A stretch of 64,000 bases of DNA from Thermoplasmatota archaeon (GTDB taxonomy: Archaea > Thermoplasmatota > JAKEGO01): assembly GCA_028279595.1 (NCBI GenBank), contig JANQNK010000003.1, positions 176,568 to 240,567 on the forward strand, given 5' to 3'. Shown here piece by piece: positions 55,045 through 64,000 of the stretch (its first letter is position 1; every line of letters begins with the position of its first letter). The position numbers were made by a program, and so were the translations under genes. The notes under the pieces are model-generated. The model was given only the letters and a program-made list of their open reading frames with translations, did no database searches and was not told the origin of the DNA.

Positions 55045-58000
55045 CGCCCGTCTCCTCTTCTATCTTGAATACGATGTTGAACGACGTTCCCTTCTTCCTG
55101 TCGAGGTCGATCTCACCCTCGAGCTGGGACACGAGGGTGGTTACCAGTTCCAGTCCGAGGGTCTCGGTGTTACGGAAATCGATCTCTTCCGGGATCCCGG
55201 ACCCGTTGTCCTTGATCCTGAGGGCCATCATCCCCCCGTCATCGGCCAGTGTCACCTCTATGCGCCCCTTCTGGCCCTCGGGGAACGCGTGCTTGAGGCT
55301 GTTGGAGATCAGTTCGTTGACTATGAGGCCGGCTGGAACACCCCGGTCGATGCCGATGAAGATCGGTTCTCCGTGGACGTCGAACCTGATCTTGTTCGGG
55401 TCGACCCCGTAGGATTGCATCAGATGGGTTCCAAGGCTCTCAATGTATTCGTAGAAATTGATCCTGGACAGGTCCTTTGATTGGTAGAGCTTGTCGTGGA
55501 TGAGTGCCATTGACCTAACACGGTTCTGGCTCTCGTTGAAGACGGACCGCATGGCATCCTCGTCGATGTATCCCGCCTGGAGGTTGATCATTGACGAGAT
55601 CACCTGCATGTTGTTCTTTACACGGTGGTGGATCTCCTTCAGCATCACCTCCTTCTCGGCGAGGGAGTCACGGATCACCTTCTCGGCCCTCTTCCTCAGA
55701 GTGATGTCCCTGCAGATGAGCTCAAGCCCGGATACCTGCCCTCCTTTCGTGATCAATCCGGGGAATATCTCGAGCCAGGTGCGGCCCTCTCCAGTATCGA
55801 TCTTCACCTCGATCGGACCTATGTCCTCCCCTTCAAGGAGTTGGAGGAACATCTCGAAATAATCGTCTATCCTGTCCTCCTCCACGAAGTCGAGGTCTGC
55901 GAACGAGCGCCCCCGAATGTCCTCCTTCGGGAATATGGCGATGCTCGATGTCGCAGCGTTGTAATCCATGATCTTCCCTTCGGAATCGATGATCACGATG
56001 GCCTCCGGAGATGCGTCGAAGAGGTTGCGATACCTTTCCTCACTCTCCATCAGGTCGATCTCCGACCTCTTTCTCTCGGTTACGTCGTGAAGTACCGTGA
56101 TCACCCTTGTGACCTCGCCACCTTCGACCACCGGGATCTTCGAGGTCTCAGTGATGATCCTCCTCCCATCGATAACATTGTCTTCATTCGTTCCTAATGG
56201 TTCCCGGCCATCTATGACCTGATTGTACTCTTCCCACACGGTCGGGGGAAGGAAGGGAAAGATATCCGGGAGCTTCCTATCCATGAATGGCCCCTCGATA
56301 CCCAACCCCGACGTCCACTCTGTGAACCTGTCGTTGTGGAGTACTATCCTCAGGTCTGTGTCGACCACATGGAGCGGGTCGATCATGGAATCGATCGTCG
56401 TCCTGTAGAACCTCTCGGACCGTCGGAGGGTCTGATCGGCCTTCATCCGTTCCGTGATGTCCCGGGTCATGCTCTGCATGTACTCCTTGCCGCCGAAGGA
56501 GACCTTGGTACTCTCGAACTCGATCGGGACGAGGGCGCCGCCCGGTTGCAGGAAGTCGAGCTCTGCGGAACCACCCTGCCCCTCCTTGGCGATCCTGAAG
56601 AAGGTCTTCCTTGCGGCATCGACCTTGTCCTCAGGTCTCAGTTCCCATATCCTCATACCACATAGGGAATCGTAATCCCTTCCCGTCTGCCTCTCGAACT
56701 CGGAGTTGCAATCGACGATCACTCCGGTCTCGACGTCGATCAGGACTATCCCGTCCTTAGCCTCCTCGAACAACGATCTGTACTTCTCCTCGCTCTCCAT
56801 GATAGCGACATTTACCCTCTTCCTCTCGGTGATGTCCTTCGAAACTACACAGAGGGCATCCTGGCCGCCCACAGGGATGACCACACCGCTGACCTCGACG
56901 TCGATCTTCGTGCCGTCCTTCCGGATGTAGCTCCTCTCGCCGATGAACTTGCTCCTCTCGGCGAGCAGGTCCTCGATCTTGGAATCGATATCGTCCTTGG
57001 GGTGATCTATGAACGAATAGATCATGAGGTCGTCCATCTCGTTATCGTCATAGCCGATGAATCCCTGGAATGCAGCGTTCCATTCAGTGACCTTTCGGGT
57101 TTCAGGGTTCATGATGAATATTCCGTTGGGGCTCTGTTCTATAGCAGCCCGGTACTTGGCCTCGCTCTCCCTCAATGCCTCTTCCGCCTGCTTCCTCTCG
57201 GTGATGTCTGTGAAGGCTGCTACCATTACCCCTGGGGATGTCTGGAAGGCGTGTACCTCGAACGCGCCGGCGATCCTGTCGTCCTGATACTCGACATGCT
57301 CCGTCCTCCACGGTATACCGTTTCCAGCGGCCCGGCGGTACATGTCCGGTATCTCAGTCCCATCCAGCGGCGGGAACGCCTCCTCGATGGTCTTTCCGAT
57401 GAACTGCTGGTTGTCAACACCTAGTATATCGTCGGCCGTACGGTTCGCACCGACGAAGACAAGGCGTCCGTCGTCGGAGAGAGCGTAGATGTGCATGCCG
57501 ATGGGCGTCGAGTTGACTATGTTCCTGAACCCCTCCTCGCTCTCCCTGAGCGCCTTCTCGGCCGCCTTGCTCTCCGTGACGTCGCGGATGACCCCCTGGT
57601 ACCATGTGCTCTCCCCATCGTCGCCCGTACGCAGCGTCGCTGTAAGCAGACAGTCCACGACCGCACCCTTCTTGTGATCAAGCTGGATCTCGAAGTCCCT
57701 GACGAACCCGCGGGATTCGATCTCGGAGATGAACCGCGCCCTGTCCTTCGGGTCCCTGTAAAGCTCTGCGACGTTCATCTCCCGTAGTTCGGACATGGGA
57801 TAGCCGAGGAGGTCGATACCTGCCTGGTTGAGCTCCACGAAGTTCCCGTCCCTCGTCGTGATGAAGACCGGGTCCCTGGAGCTCTCGAAAAGTGTCCTGA
57901 ACTTCTCCTCCGAGACCTTCAGGGCATCGAGGATCAATGCCTGTTCCGAAATGTCGGTGACGATGCCGAGGATCGCCCTGCCACCCTCGTAATCGATCAG

Positions 58001-59251
58001 TTTGGAGGTCACAATCGCCCGGATCTCGTCTCCACGTTTCGTCAAGAGGGAGTACTCGTATGGATCGACATCCTTCCCCGCAGCGTGCTTGGCGAAGCTG
58101 TCCTTTACCGTGTCCAGTGAGGATGGTGCGATCAGCGACAGGAAATTGAAATCGGGTGAATAGAGCTCTTCACGCTTGTAGCCCATGACCTCCTCCGACT
58201 TCTGGTTCGCATATACGATCCTGCCCATGTGGTTGATGAATATCATGTTGGGTGACTGCTCGGCGAGGGTCCTGAACTTCTCCTCGTTCTCGCGGAGGAC
58301 CACCTCGAAGGTCTTCCTTTCGAGGGCATTTCCGATGGTCTCACCCGTAAGACGCATGAGCCCGATGATGTCGTCCGCCCAGCCCTTCTCCATCTTCACG
58401 GAGTCGAAGCCGATGAACCCGATGATGGTATCGGAATAGACCATTGGAACGATGATCATCGACTTGATGCCCTCGCGCTCGAACTCCTCCTTCTCGGCCT
58501 GGGCCTCCGGTCCGAGGTCGGCGACCCTGGGGACGTGGACGACCTCGTTCTTCTCGATCATCTTCAGCGACCACTCGAAGGCCTGCCTGGGAACATCCTT
58601 GAGATGCTCGATCATCGGTTGGATGTCCTCGGCACACCACTCGTGGGTGTTGCTCATGGTATCGCCGTCGGACGAGAACTGGAATATGTAGCACCTGTCC
58701 ACACCGGCGAACTCGCCCAGGAGCTGGAGGACGTGTCCGATCTCGTTGTCCACCTCGTCTGCAGGGACGTTGATGAAATCGGATGAGATGGTGGCGATCA
58801 AACGCTCGAACTCCATCCTGTATTCGATAGCTTCCTCCGCTCTCCTCTTCTCGGAGATGTCGCGGACGAACGCCCACATGCTCTCCGGCATTCCCTTCTC
58901 GTCACTGGTAAGATAAGTGACTATCTCGATGGGAAAGACGCTCTTGTCCTTCCGTATGTACTCCTTCTCGTAGATATCTGAGAAACCGCGTTTGAGGACC
59001 TGTTCTTGAATGACCTTCGCTTCCTCCTCGTGCCATCTCTCCGGCGTGATGTCCTCGTACGAAAGTTTGGCGAGCTCCTTATCCGAGTAGCCAAGCATGT
59101 CCCGAAATGCCGGGTTCGATTCGATGATCGTGCCTTCCATGTCGACCCTGGCGTAGCCGTCCCTGATGCGGTTGAACAGTTCCTGATATCCGTTCGGGGT
59201 CTTCTCGACCGCCTTCCTACCCGAACCTGATACCTTCTTCTTATCCGCCAT
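55034..59251 (-). CDS. Multi-PAS/GAF + HisKA_2 histidine kinase (about 1405 aa)
   Basis: About 9 PAS modules and one GAF-like module, [17 protein letters not shown], HATPase. The ATG at 59251 (MADKKK) is preferred over the track start at 59353, which overlaps the upstream gene. Confidence 0.75.
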   Translation of the reverse strand: MADKKKVSGSGRKAVEKTPNGYQELFNRIRDGYARVDMEGTIIESNPAFRDMLGYSDKELAKLSYEDITPERWHEEEAKVIQEQVLKRGFSDIYEKEYIRKDKSVFPIEIVTYLTSDEKGMPESMWAFVRDISEKRRAEEAIEYRMEFERLIATISSDFINVPADEVDNEIGHVLQLLGEFAGVDRCYIFQFSSDGDTMSNTHEWCAEDIQPMIEHLKDVPRQAFEWSLKMIEKNEVVHVPRVADLGPEAQAEKEEFEREGIKSMIIVPMVYSDTIIGFIGFDSVKMEKGWADDIIGLMRLTGETIGNALERKTFEVVLRENEEKFRTLAEQSPNMIFINHMGRIVYANQKSEEVMGYKREELYSPDFNFLSLIAPSSLDTVKDSFAKHAAGKDVDPYEYSLLTKRGDEIRAIVTSKLIDYEGGRAILGIVTDISEQALILDALKVSEEKFRTLFESSRDPVFITTRDGNFVELNQAGIDLLGYPMSELREMNVAELYRDPKDRARFISEIESRGFVRDFEIQLDHKKGAVVDCLLTATLRTGDDGESTWYQGVIRDVTESKAAEKALRESEEGFRNIVNSTPIGMHIYALSDDGRLVFVGANRTADDILGVDNQQFIGKTIEEAFPPLDGTEIPDMYRRAAGNGIPWRTEHVEYQDDRIAGAFEVHAFQTSPGVMVAAFTDITERKQAEEALRESEAKYRAAIEQSPNGIFIMNPETRKVTEWNAAFQGFIGYDDNEMDDLMIYSFIDHPKDDIDSKIEDLLAERSKFIGERSYIRKDGTKIDVEVSGVVIPVGGQDALCVVSKDITERKRVNVAIMESEEKYRSLFEEAKDGIVLIDVETGVIVDCNSEFERQTGRDYDSLCGMRIWELRPEDKVDAARKTFFRIAKEGQGGSAELDFLQPGGALVPIEFESTKVSFGGKEYMQSMTRDITERMKADQTLRRSERFYRTTIDSMIDPLHVVDTDLRIVLHNDRFTEWTSGLGIEGPFMDRKLPDIFPFLPPTVWEEYNQVIDGREPLGTNEDNVIDGRRIITETSKIPVVEGGEVTRVITVLHDVTERKRSEIDLMESEERYRNLFDASPEAIVIIDSEGKIMDYNAATSSIAIFPKEDIRGRSFADLDFVEEDRIDDYFEMFLQLLEGEDIGPIEVKIDTGEGRTWLEIFPGLITKGGQVSGLELICRDITLRKRAEKVIRDSLAEKEVMLKEIHHRVKNNMQVISSMINLQAGYIDEDAMRSVFNESQNRVRSMALIHDKLYQSKDLSRINFYEYIESLGTHLMQSYGVDPNKIRFDVHGEPIFIGIDRGVPAGLIVNELISNSLKHAFPEGQKGRIEVTLADDGGMMALRIKDNGSGIPEEIDFRNTETLGLELVTTLVSQLEGEIDLDRKKGTSFNIVFKIEEETGDES

Positions 59252-59318
59252 GCCGTCACCGTCGGGACCTGCCGTATCGAGTTCTAAGTTAAATAAGGTT
59301 ACTGCCGTCCAGCGGTGT

Positions 59319-62057
59319 TCACTCCGTGAACCCGATGACGAACCGGGTCCCATCGTCCCGGGAGAGCTCTATGGACCCCTCGATCTGCTCCACCAGCGTG
59401 GTCACGAGCTCCATCCCCAGTGACTTCGTGTCCCTGAAGTCGATGTCCTGGGGGATGCCTATCCCGTCGTCGCTGTAATCGATCGTTATCCTCCCGCCGG
59501 ATTCCCCCTCGAAATTGACGAGGATCCTACCTCCCCGTCCATCGGGGAATGCATGCTTCAGGGAGTTCGAGATGAGTTCGTTGAGGATCAGTCCGACGGG
59601 CACCGCTCTGTCGATCCCAAGCTTGATGTCCGAACCGTCGACCCGGATCGTGATACCGGATGCGTCCGCACCGTACGAATGGATCAGCTGACCCCCGAGT
59701 GTCTGGGTGTACTCCATCAGGTCCACGCCGGAGAGGTCCGCCGACTGGTAGAGCTTGTTGTGGATCAATCCCATCGATTTCACGCGGTTCTGGCTCTCGT
59801 CGAAGATCTTGAGCATGTCCTCATCCTCTATGTACGTGGCCTGGAGGCTCAGCATGCTCGAGATCACCTGCATGTTGTTCTTGACCCTGTGGTGGATCTC
59901 CTTCAGTAGCACTTCCTTCTCCTTCAACGAGTCCTCGATCAGGGCCGCCGCCCTCTTCCTCTGGGTGATGTCGTGGATAATACCCTGATACCCGATGGCG
60001 AGGCCCTTCTCGTCCTTGCGGACGGACGAGGTTATGATGCAATCGATGACGCTCCCGTCCTTCCTCCGGAACTGCGTCTCGAAGTCCTTCACGTAGCCCT
60101 TCTGCTCGATCTCCTTCTGAAAGACGAACCTTTCCTCGGGGTTTACATATATCTGGTCAGCAGGCAGGTCCTCGATGTCCTGCGGCGAATAGCCAAGCAG
60201 GGCGTAGGCCGCTGGATTGAGGTCGACGATCGTCCCGTCGCGTCGAGTGATATAGACCGCGTCCATCGACTGCTCGAAGAGGGACTTGTACCTCTGTTCG
60301 CTCTCCAGATGCTTCATCTCACCGAGCTTGCGTGCAGTGATGTTCTCCATTTCGCCGATGATGTACATGGGATCCCCCTCGGAATCCCTGGCGAGCACGA
60401 CAGTGAGATTCACCCAGATGATGTTCCCATCCTTGCGGACGGCTCTCTGTTCGATGGTGAAGGCTGGGATCCGTCCCTGCATCAGCTTCGACATCAGATC
60501 GAAGCTCTCCTGCATGTGGTCCGCATGGGTGATGTCCATCCAGGTCATCTTGAGGATCTCATCCTGCGTGTATCCGACCATATCGCAAGCGACCTGGTTG
60601 AACTTCACGAACTTGCCCTCCGGAGTGGCCAAGGCCCTTCCGATGGTGGCATGGTCGAACGCCAGCCGAAACATCTCCTCGCTCTCTTCGAGGACCCTCG
60701 CGGACCTTGCCCTCTCGCTGATGTCTCGGACGAACACGAGAGTTGCCGGGCTTCCTTGATAATCGATGATATTAGCGTTTATCTCCACAGGGACACTTCC
60801 TCCGCTGCCCTTGACCGTGATCTCGTAGACACTCTCGACAGCCTCACCTCTCTTTCGGCGCTCATAACGCTCCATGGTCGCCTTCCGGTCCTCGGGCGAG
60901 ATCAAGGATGAGAAGTCCGTCGTCGAGATATCCTCCTCGGTCAGTCCTGTGATTTCCAGGACCCTGTCGTTCCAGAAGACAACCCTGTCGTTCTGGAGTA
61001 CGGCGATCCCGTCATTCCCCTTCTCGAAGATGGAGGAGTACTGCACCTCCAGCTCCCGCCTGGCGTGCTCGGCCCGGTTCCTTTCGGTCACATCCTTCGT
61101 GATGACCTGGATCGCCACGATCTCCCCGCCCTTGCGGACCAATCCGGGTAGGATCTCCAGGTCCAGTCGGACGTCCCCCTCCTCGATGACGACCTCGAAC
61201 GGCTCGACCTCCTCGCCCGCGATGATCCTTTCGAAGATCCCCATTAGTCGCTCCAATTCGTCCTCGGGGACCAGGCCAAGCTCGAAGAACGTCTTTCCAA
61301 TCACATTCTCACGCGGTAGGCCCAATATGTGTGACTGGACGCCGTTGTAGTCTATGATCACTCCGTCGGTATCCATGATGGCTATACCTTCAGGAGAGGA
61401 CTCGAAGAGGTTCCGGTAGCGCCACTCGCTGTCCACCATGGCCTCGACAGCCAAGCGCTTCTGTAGAAGGACAGATGCTACCCTGACGAATGTCTCGATG
61501 GTCGTCTTCTCCTTGAGTCCCGGACTGCGGAGGATGAGGGAGATGTTGCCGAAGATCTGTCCCTCCCAGGAGAGGTCTATGGAGTGGATCTCCTTAATAC
61601 CCAATATCTTCTCGACGGTCCTCGAGACCCCCTTCGACAATTTTCCCGAGGTCAGCGTGTGGAGATTGTCGGGGAGTCTAACGATCTCCCCCCGATCGAG
61701 GTCGAATCCCTCCCTCTCGAAGATCGGGAACTCCATTCCCACGGGATCCCGTTTCAAGGTGTCCATGAGGAGCTTCGAACCCTTTCCCAGGCCCACCAGT
61801 GACCGTATGGTGGATATCTCCTTCTGCTCGTCGATCTCGCTGATGACGACGATCCCGTCACCGATCAATTCCTGGACCTTCTCGGCTACGAAAAGATATG
61901 CGTCATCGTCCGCCGACAGTTCCACCATGGCGGTCGATGTCTCGGCAAGCCAATCCAGTCCGTGGGTCCTTGACTGCGGGCCAGTCGCGGAGGACCTCCT
62001 CATCCTTCGTCCTTTCTCCGATGCCCGTCCAACCCTGCCTTTTCCTTCGGCCGTCAT
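59319..62057 (-). CDS. GAF-like + multi-PAS + HisKA_2 histidine kinase
   Basis: N-terminal about 200 aa is GAF-like, then 5 PAS modules, [17 protein letters not shown] and HATPase. The ATG at 62057 is preferred over the TTG at 62063. Confidence 0.75.
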   Translation of the reverse strand: MTAEGKGRVGRASEKGRRMRRSSATGPQSRTHGLDWLAETSTAMVELSADDDAYLFVAEKVQELIGDGIVVISEIDEQKEISTIRSLVGLGKGSKLLMDTLKRDPVGMEFPIFEREGFDLDRGEIVRLPDNLHTLTSGKLSKGVSRTVEKILGIKEIHSIDLSWEGQIFGNISLILRSPGLKEKTTIETFVRVASVLLQKRLAVEAMVDSEWRYRNLFESSPEGIAIMDTDGVIIDYNGVQSHILGLPRENVIGKTFFELGLVPEDELERLMGIFERIIAGEEVEPFEVVIEEGDVRLDLEILPGLVRKGGEIVAIQVITKDVTERNRAEHARRELEVQYSSIFEKGNDGIAVLQNDRVVFWNDRVLEITGLTEEDISTTDFSSLISPEDRKATMERYERRKRGEAVESVYEITVKGSGGSVPVEINANIIDYQGSPATLVFVRDISERARSARVLEESEEMFRLAFDHATIGRALATPEGKFVKFNQVACDMVGYTQDEILKMTWMDITHADHMQESFDLMSKLMQGRIPAFTIEQRAVRKDGNIIWVNLTVVLARDSEGDPMYIIGEMENITARKLGEMKHLESEQRYKSLFEQSMDAVYITRRDGTIVDLNPAAYALLGYSPQDIEDLPADQIYVNPEERFVFQKEIEQKGYVKDFETQFRRKDGSVIDCIITSSVRKDEKGLAIGYQGIIHDITQRKRAAALIEDSLKEKEVLLKEIHHRVKNNMQVISSMLSLQATYIEDEDMLKIFDESQNRVKSMGLIHNKLYQSADLSGVDLMEYTQTLGGQLIHSYGADASGITIRVDGSDIKLGIDRAVPVGLILNELISNSLKHAFPDGRGGRILVNFEGESGGRITIDYSDDGIGIPQDIDFRDTKSLGMELVTTLVEQIEGSIELSRDDGTRFVIGFTE

Positions 62058-62152
62058 ATCCAACCACCCTCACCTAGACCATAGGTCCCGGTTCCGCCGA
62101 CCAGCCTTTGGCTCTATGTATAACATCGTTCACGATAATGAACCTTCGCACT

Positions 62153-62596
62153 CTAATCTTCAGGCTTCGCCAGCTGCACCGAGCAGTAGAGGTTGACCGC
62201 CTTGGCGAGCTCGAGGTACTCCTCGAACTTGACGGGTTTGACGAGATAGAAGTTGGCTCCAAGCTCGTCAGCCTTGTCGACGTCGGCACCGGACTTTGAG
62301 GATGTCAGCATCACGACCGGCAGCTCCTTCAGGTCCTTGTGTCCCCGTATCCACTTGAGCAGTTCGTGACCGGAGATACGCGGCATGTTGACATCCAGCA
62401 GTACCATCGACGGGAACGGGTGCTTCTTCCTGTCACTGTATGGCTTCTTACCCTCGAGATATGCCTTGGCGCTCTCTCCGTCCTCGACAGCTTCCACGGG
62501 ATAGGGCATCTCCGTCTTCTTGAACGCCCTCTTTATCAGAAGTATATCGTTGGGATCGTCGTCGACGAGGAGTATCGTGTTCTTCGAGGCCGTCAT
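62153..62596 (-). CDS. Stand-alone receiver (Rcp1-like)
   Basis: ILLVDDDPNDILL...MVLLDVNMPRISG...MLTSS...ANFYLVKP...LYC. The minus-strand TATA-like CTATATATCC lies about 25 nt upstream. Confidence 0.8.
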   Translation of the reverse strand: MTASKNTILLVDDDPNDILLIKRAFKKTEMPYPVEAVEDGESAKAYLEGKKPYSDRKKHPFPSMVLLDVNMPRISGHELLKWIRGHKDLKELPVVMLTSSKSGADVDKADELGANFYLVKPVKFEEYLELAKAVNLYCSVQLAKPED

Positions 62597-62741
62597 ATCG
62601 GGGTGAATATGTCAGGAGCGGATATATAGATTGTCATACATCGAACGGCGCTGGGTTCGCCCCGCCACCGTCCATTCCGGTGGTTCCCACCCACTCAAGG
62701 CCAAGAATGCTGGAGCGGGACCAGTTGAGCAGGGTCAGGGC

Positions 62742-64000
62742 CTACACCATCGGGCTCACTGTCAGGATGTAACCCTTGATCTCGTTCCCGACCCGGCGGG
62801 GGCAGACGTTCGCGTGGAACCTCTTCCTTCCCTCGGTCATCGCGGCGGTGATCTTGGTAGCGGCCCGCCCCTCCCTGAGGGCGTCCTTCATGGTCTCGAT
62901 AAACTCGCGCCTCTCCGTGACGAGTCGTTCGACCGGGCTCCCGACGATCGCCTCCTCCGGTGCTCCAAGCATCGTCGAGGCCCTCGCGCTCATGTGGAGC
63001 ACGGTCCTGTCCACGTCGATCACAACGACGCCCATCCCGGGCAGTGAATCTATTACGCTCTTGAGGAAGTTGATCCGTCCGGAGAGGTTGTCGCGCTCGG
63101 CCCTGTCGCCCGTGGCGTCCGAAAGGTCCCCGTGCACGCCGATGAGCTTGCCTGACCCGTCGTAGATGGCCTCCAGGTGCTCCGACACGTAGACGGTCCT
63201 ACCGTCCTTCCGGAGGACCCTGTATTCGTCGTTGGGCTCGAACTCCTTGAACTTGATCAATTTCAATAGCTTCTTCTTCAGATGATCGGCGTCCTCCGGG
63301 TGCACGATCTTCGTAAGGAAGTAGGGTATCCCCATCGCCTCGTCGGACTCATATCCGAGGAGCCGTTCAGTATCACCGGTGACCTCCTCCAGCTCCCCGC
63401 CCGTGCTCATCCTGAAATGGACGGTCCCCGGCTCCGCCGCGGCCGCGATCCTCTCCTTGATCGGAGAACCTATGAGGTGCATCGCCTCCGGTCCCCGGAC
63501 CACGCGCCACTCGACCTGGAGATCGCCGCCCGTTTTCATGAGTATCGGGAACTCGAACGTGTCGGACGACCCGAGGGCAGTGTCCGCCTCGCCCTTCTTG
63601 ACCACCGGCACAATGTCGTGCCACATCGTCCCCTCGATGTCCGACGCTGTGAACCCCGTCGTCTCGAGGAACGCTCCGTTGGCGTGGACTATTCGCCTCT
63701 CCTTGGAGACCCGCAGGTAGAGTTCGCTGAGGGATTCCATGATCTCGCCGTTCATGGCGATCTCACGCTCCCTGTCCTCCACGGTCGTGTGCATCTCGCC
63801 GATCTTCCCCTTGAGTGTCTCTATCTCGGACCGAAGGTCGTCGCCCTTTCCTGTCGAGTCCGTGACGTCCCTCATGAACCCGAGGATCTGGTCGGAGTCC
63901 GGTCCTGCAGGCGTCAATTTCGTCCAGGTGTGGCCTGGTCCGCCCGCGGGCCGCTCGATACGGAGCGGCAGTTCCCGCGACTCGCCCTTGGCCGCCCTGC
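62742..64000 (-). CDS. Multi-PAS sensor protein without a kinase core; 5' end beyond the window
   Basis: The reading frame stays open upstream of the track TTG start (63917) to the window edge (...RAAKGESRELPLRIERPAGGPGHTWTKLTPAG...). There are 3 PAS-like modules, no H-box and no HATPase. Confidence 0.6.
   Translation of the reverse strand, partial: RAAKGESRELPLRIERPAGGPGHTWTKLTPAGPDSDQILGFMRDVTDSTGKGDDLRSEIETLKGKIGEMHTTVEDREREIAMNGEIMESLSELYLRVSKERRIVHANGAFLETTGFTASDIEGTMWHDIVPVVKKGEADTALGSSDTFEFPILMKTGGDLQVEWRVVRGPEAMHLIGSPIKERIAAAAEPGTVHFRMSTGGELEEVTGDTERLLGYESDEAMGIPYFLTKIVHPEDADHLKKKLLKLIKFKEFEPNDEYRVLRKDGRTVYVSEHLEAIYDGSGKLIGVHGDLSDATGDRAERDNLSGRINFLKSVIDSLPGMGVVVIDVDRTVLHMSARASTMLGAPEEAIVGSPVERLVTERREFIETMKDALREGRAATKITAAMTEGRKRFHANVCPRRVGNEIKGYILTVSPMV

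Noticed and set aside
1-64000. CRISPR arrays, rRNA genes, transposase/IS elements
   Set aside because: Reading both strands, I found no regularly spaced short repeats, no rRNA-like conserved stretches, and no transposase-like ORFs or terminal inverted repeats apart from the tRNA-linked integrase element.

Overview
The window looks like a GC-rich archaeal (euryarchaeal-type) chromosome segment: it has an intron-containing tRNA, an L41e micro-gene, PGF/PEF-CTERM sorting signals, TATA-box promoters and HisKA_2 kinases. Taxon assignment is by eye only. It falls into four blocks.
(1) 1-11.3 kb is housekeeping and metabolism: two TauE/SafE permeases, an AbrB-type regulator, ArsM-like methyltransferase, an acyl-CoA dehydrogenase/EtfBA operon, QueF, a DUF835 protein and a metallophosphoesterase.
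(2) 11.32-20.03 kb is an ~8.7 kb integrated element. It is bounded by an exact 18-bp direct repeat, and the right copy is the 3' end of an intron-containing tRNA-Trp(CCA). An intact tyrosine recombinase lies next to the tRNA. The cargo is AT-rich and mostly ORFan, but includes a class III nucleotidyl-cyclase-like protein, a HEPN protein, two or three ribbon-helix-helix proteins and a GC-rich, hairpin-dense non-coding patch.
(3) 20.2-31 kb holds an unannotated rpl41e micro-gene, a low-GC beta-propeller surface protein, an SSB, a CBS protein, MscS, two PEF-CTERM beta-helix paralogues and an S8 protease.
(4) 31-64 kb is an uninterrupted, all-minus-strand signalling supercluster. It has 9 PAS/GAF histidine kinases (4 HisKA, 5 HisKA_2), 10 receiver domains, a KaiC-like ATPase and a PAS-DUF835-wHTH protein, with many overlapping stop/start junctions.
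The best candidates for undescribed biology are the cyclase-containing cargo of the tRNA-Trp element and the KaiC/DUF835-linked phosphorelay array. I saw no rRNA and no CRISPR array. All homology calls come from motif recognition by eye; no database searches were run.
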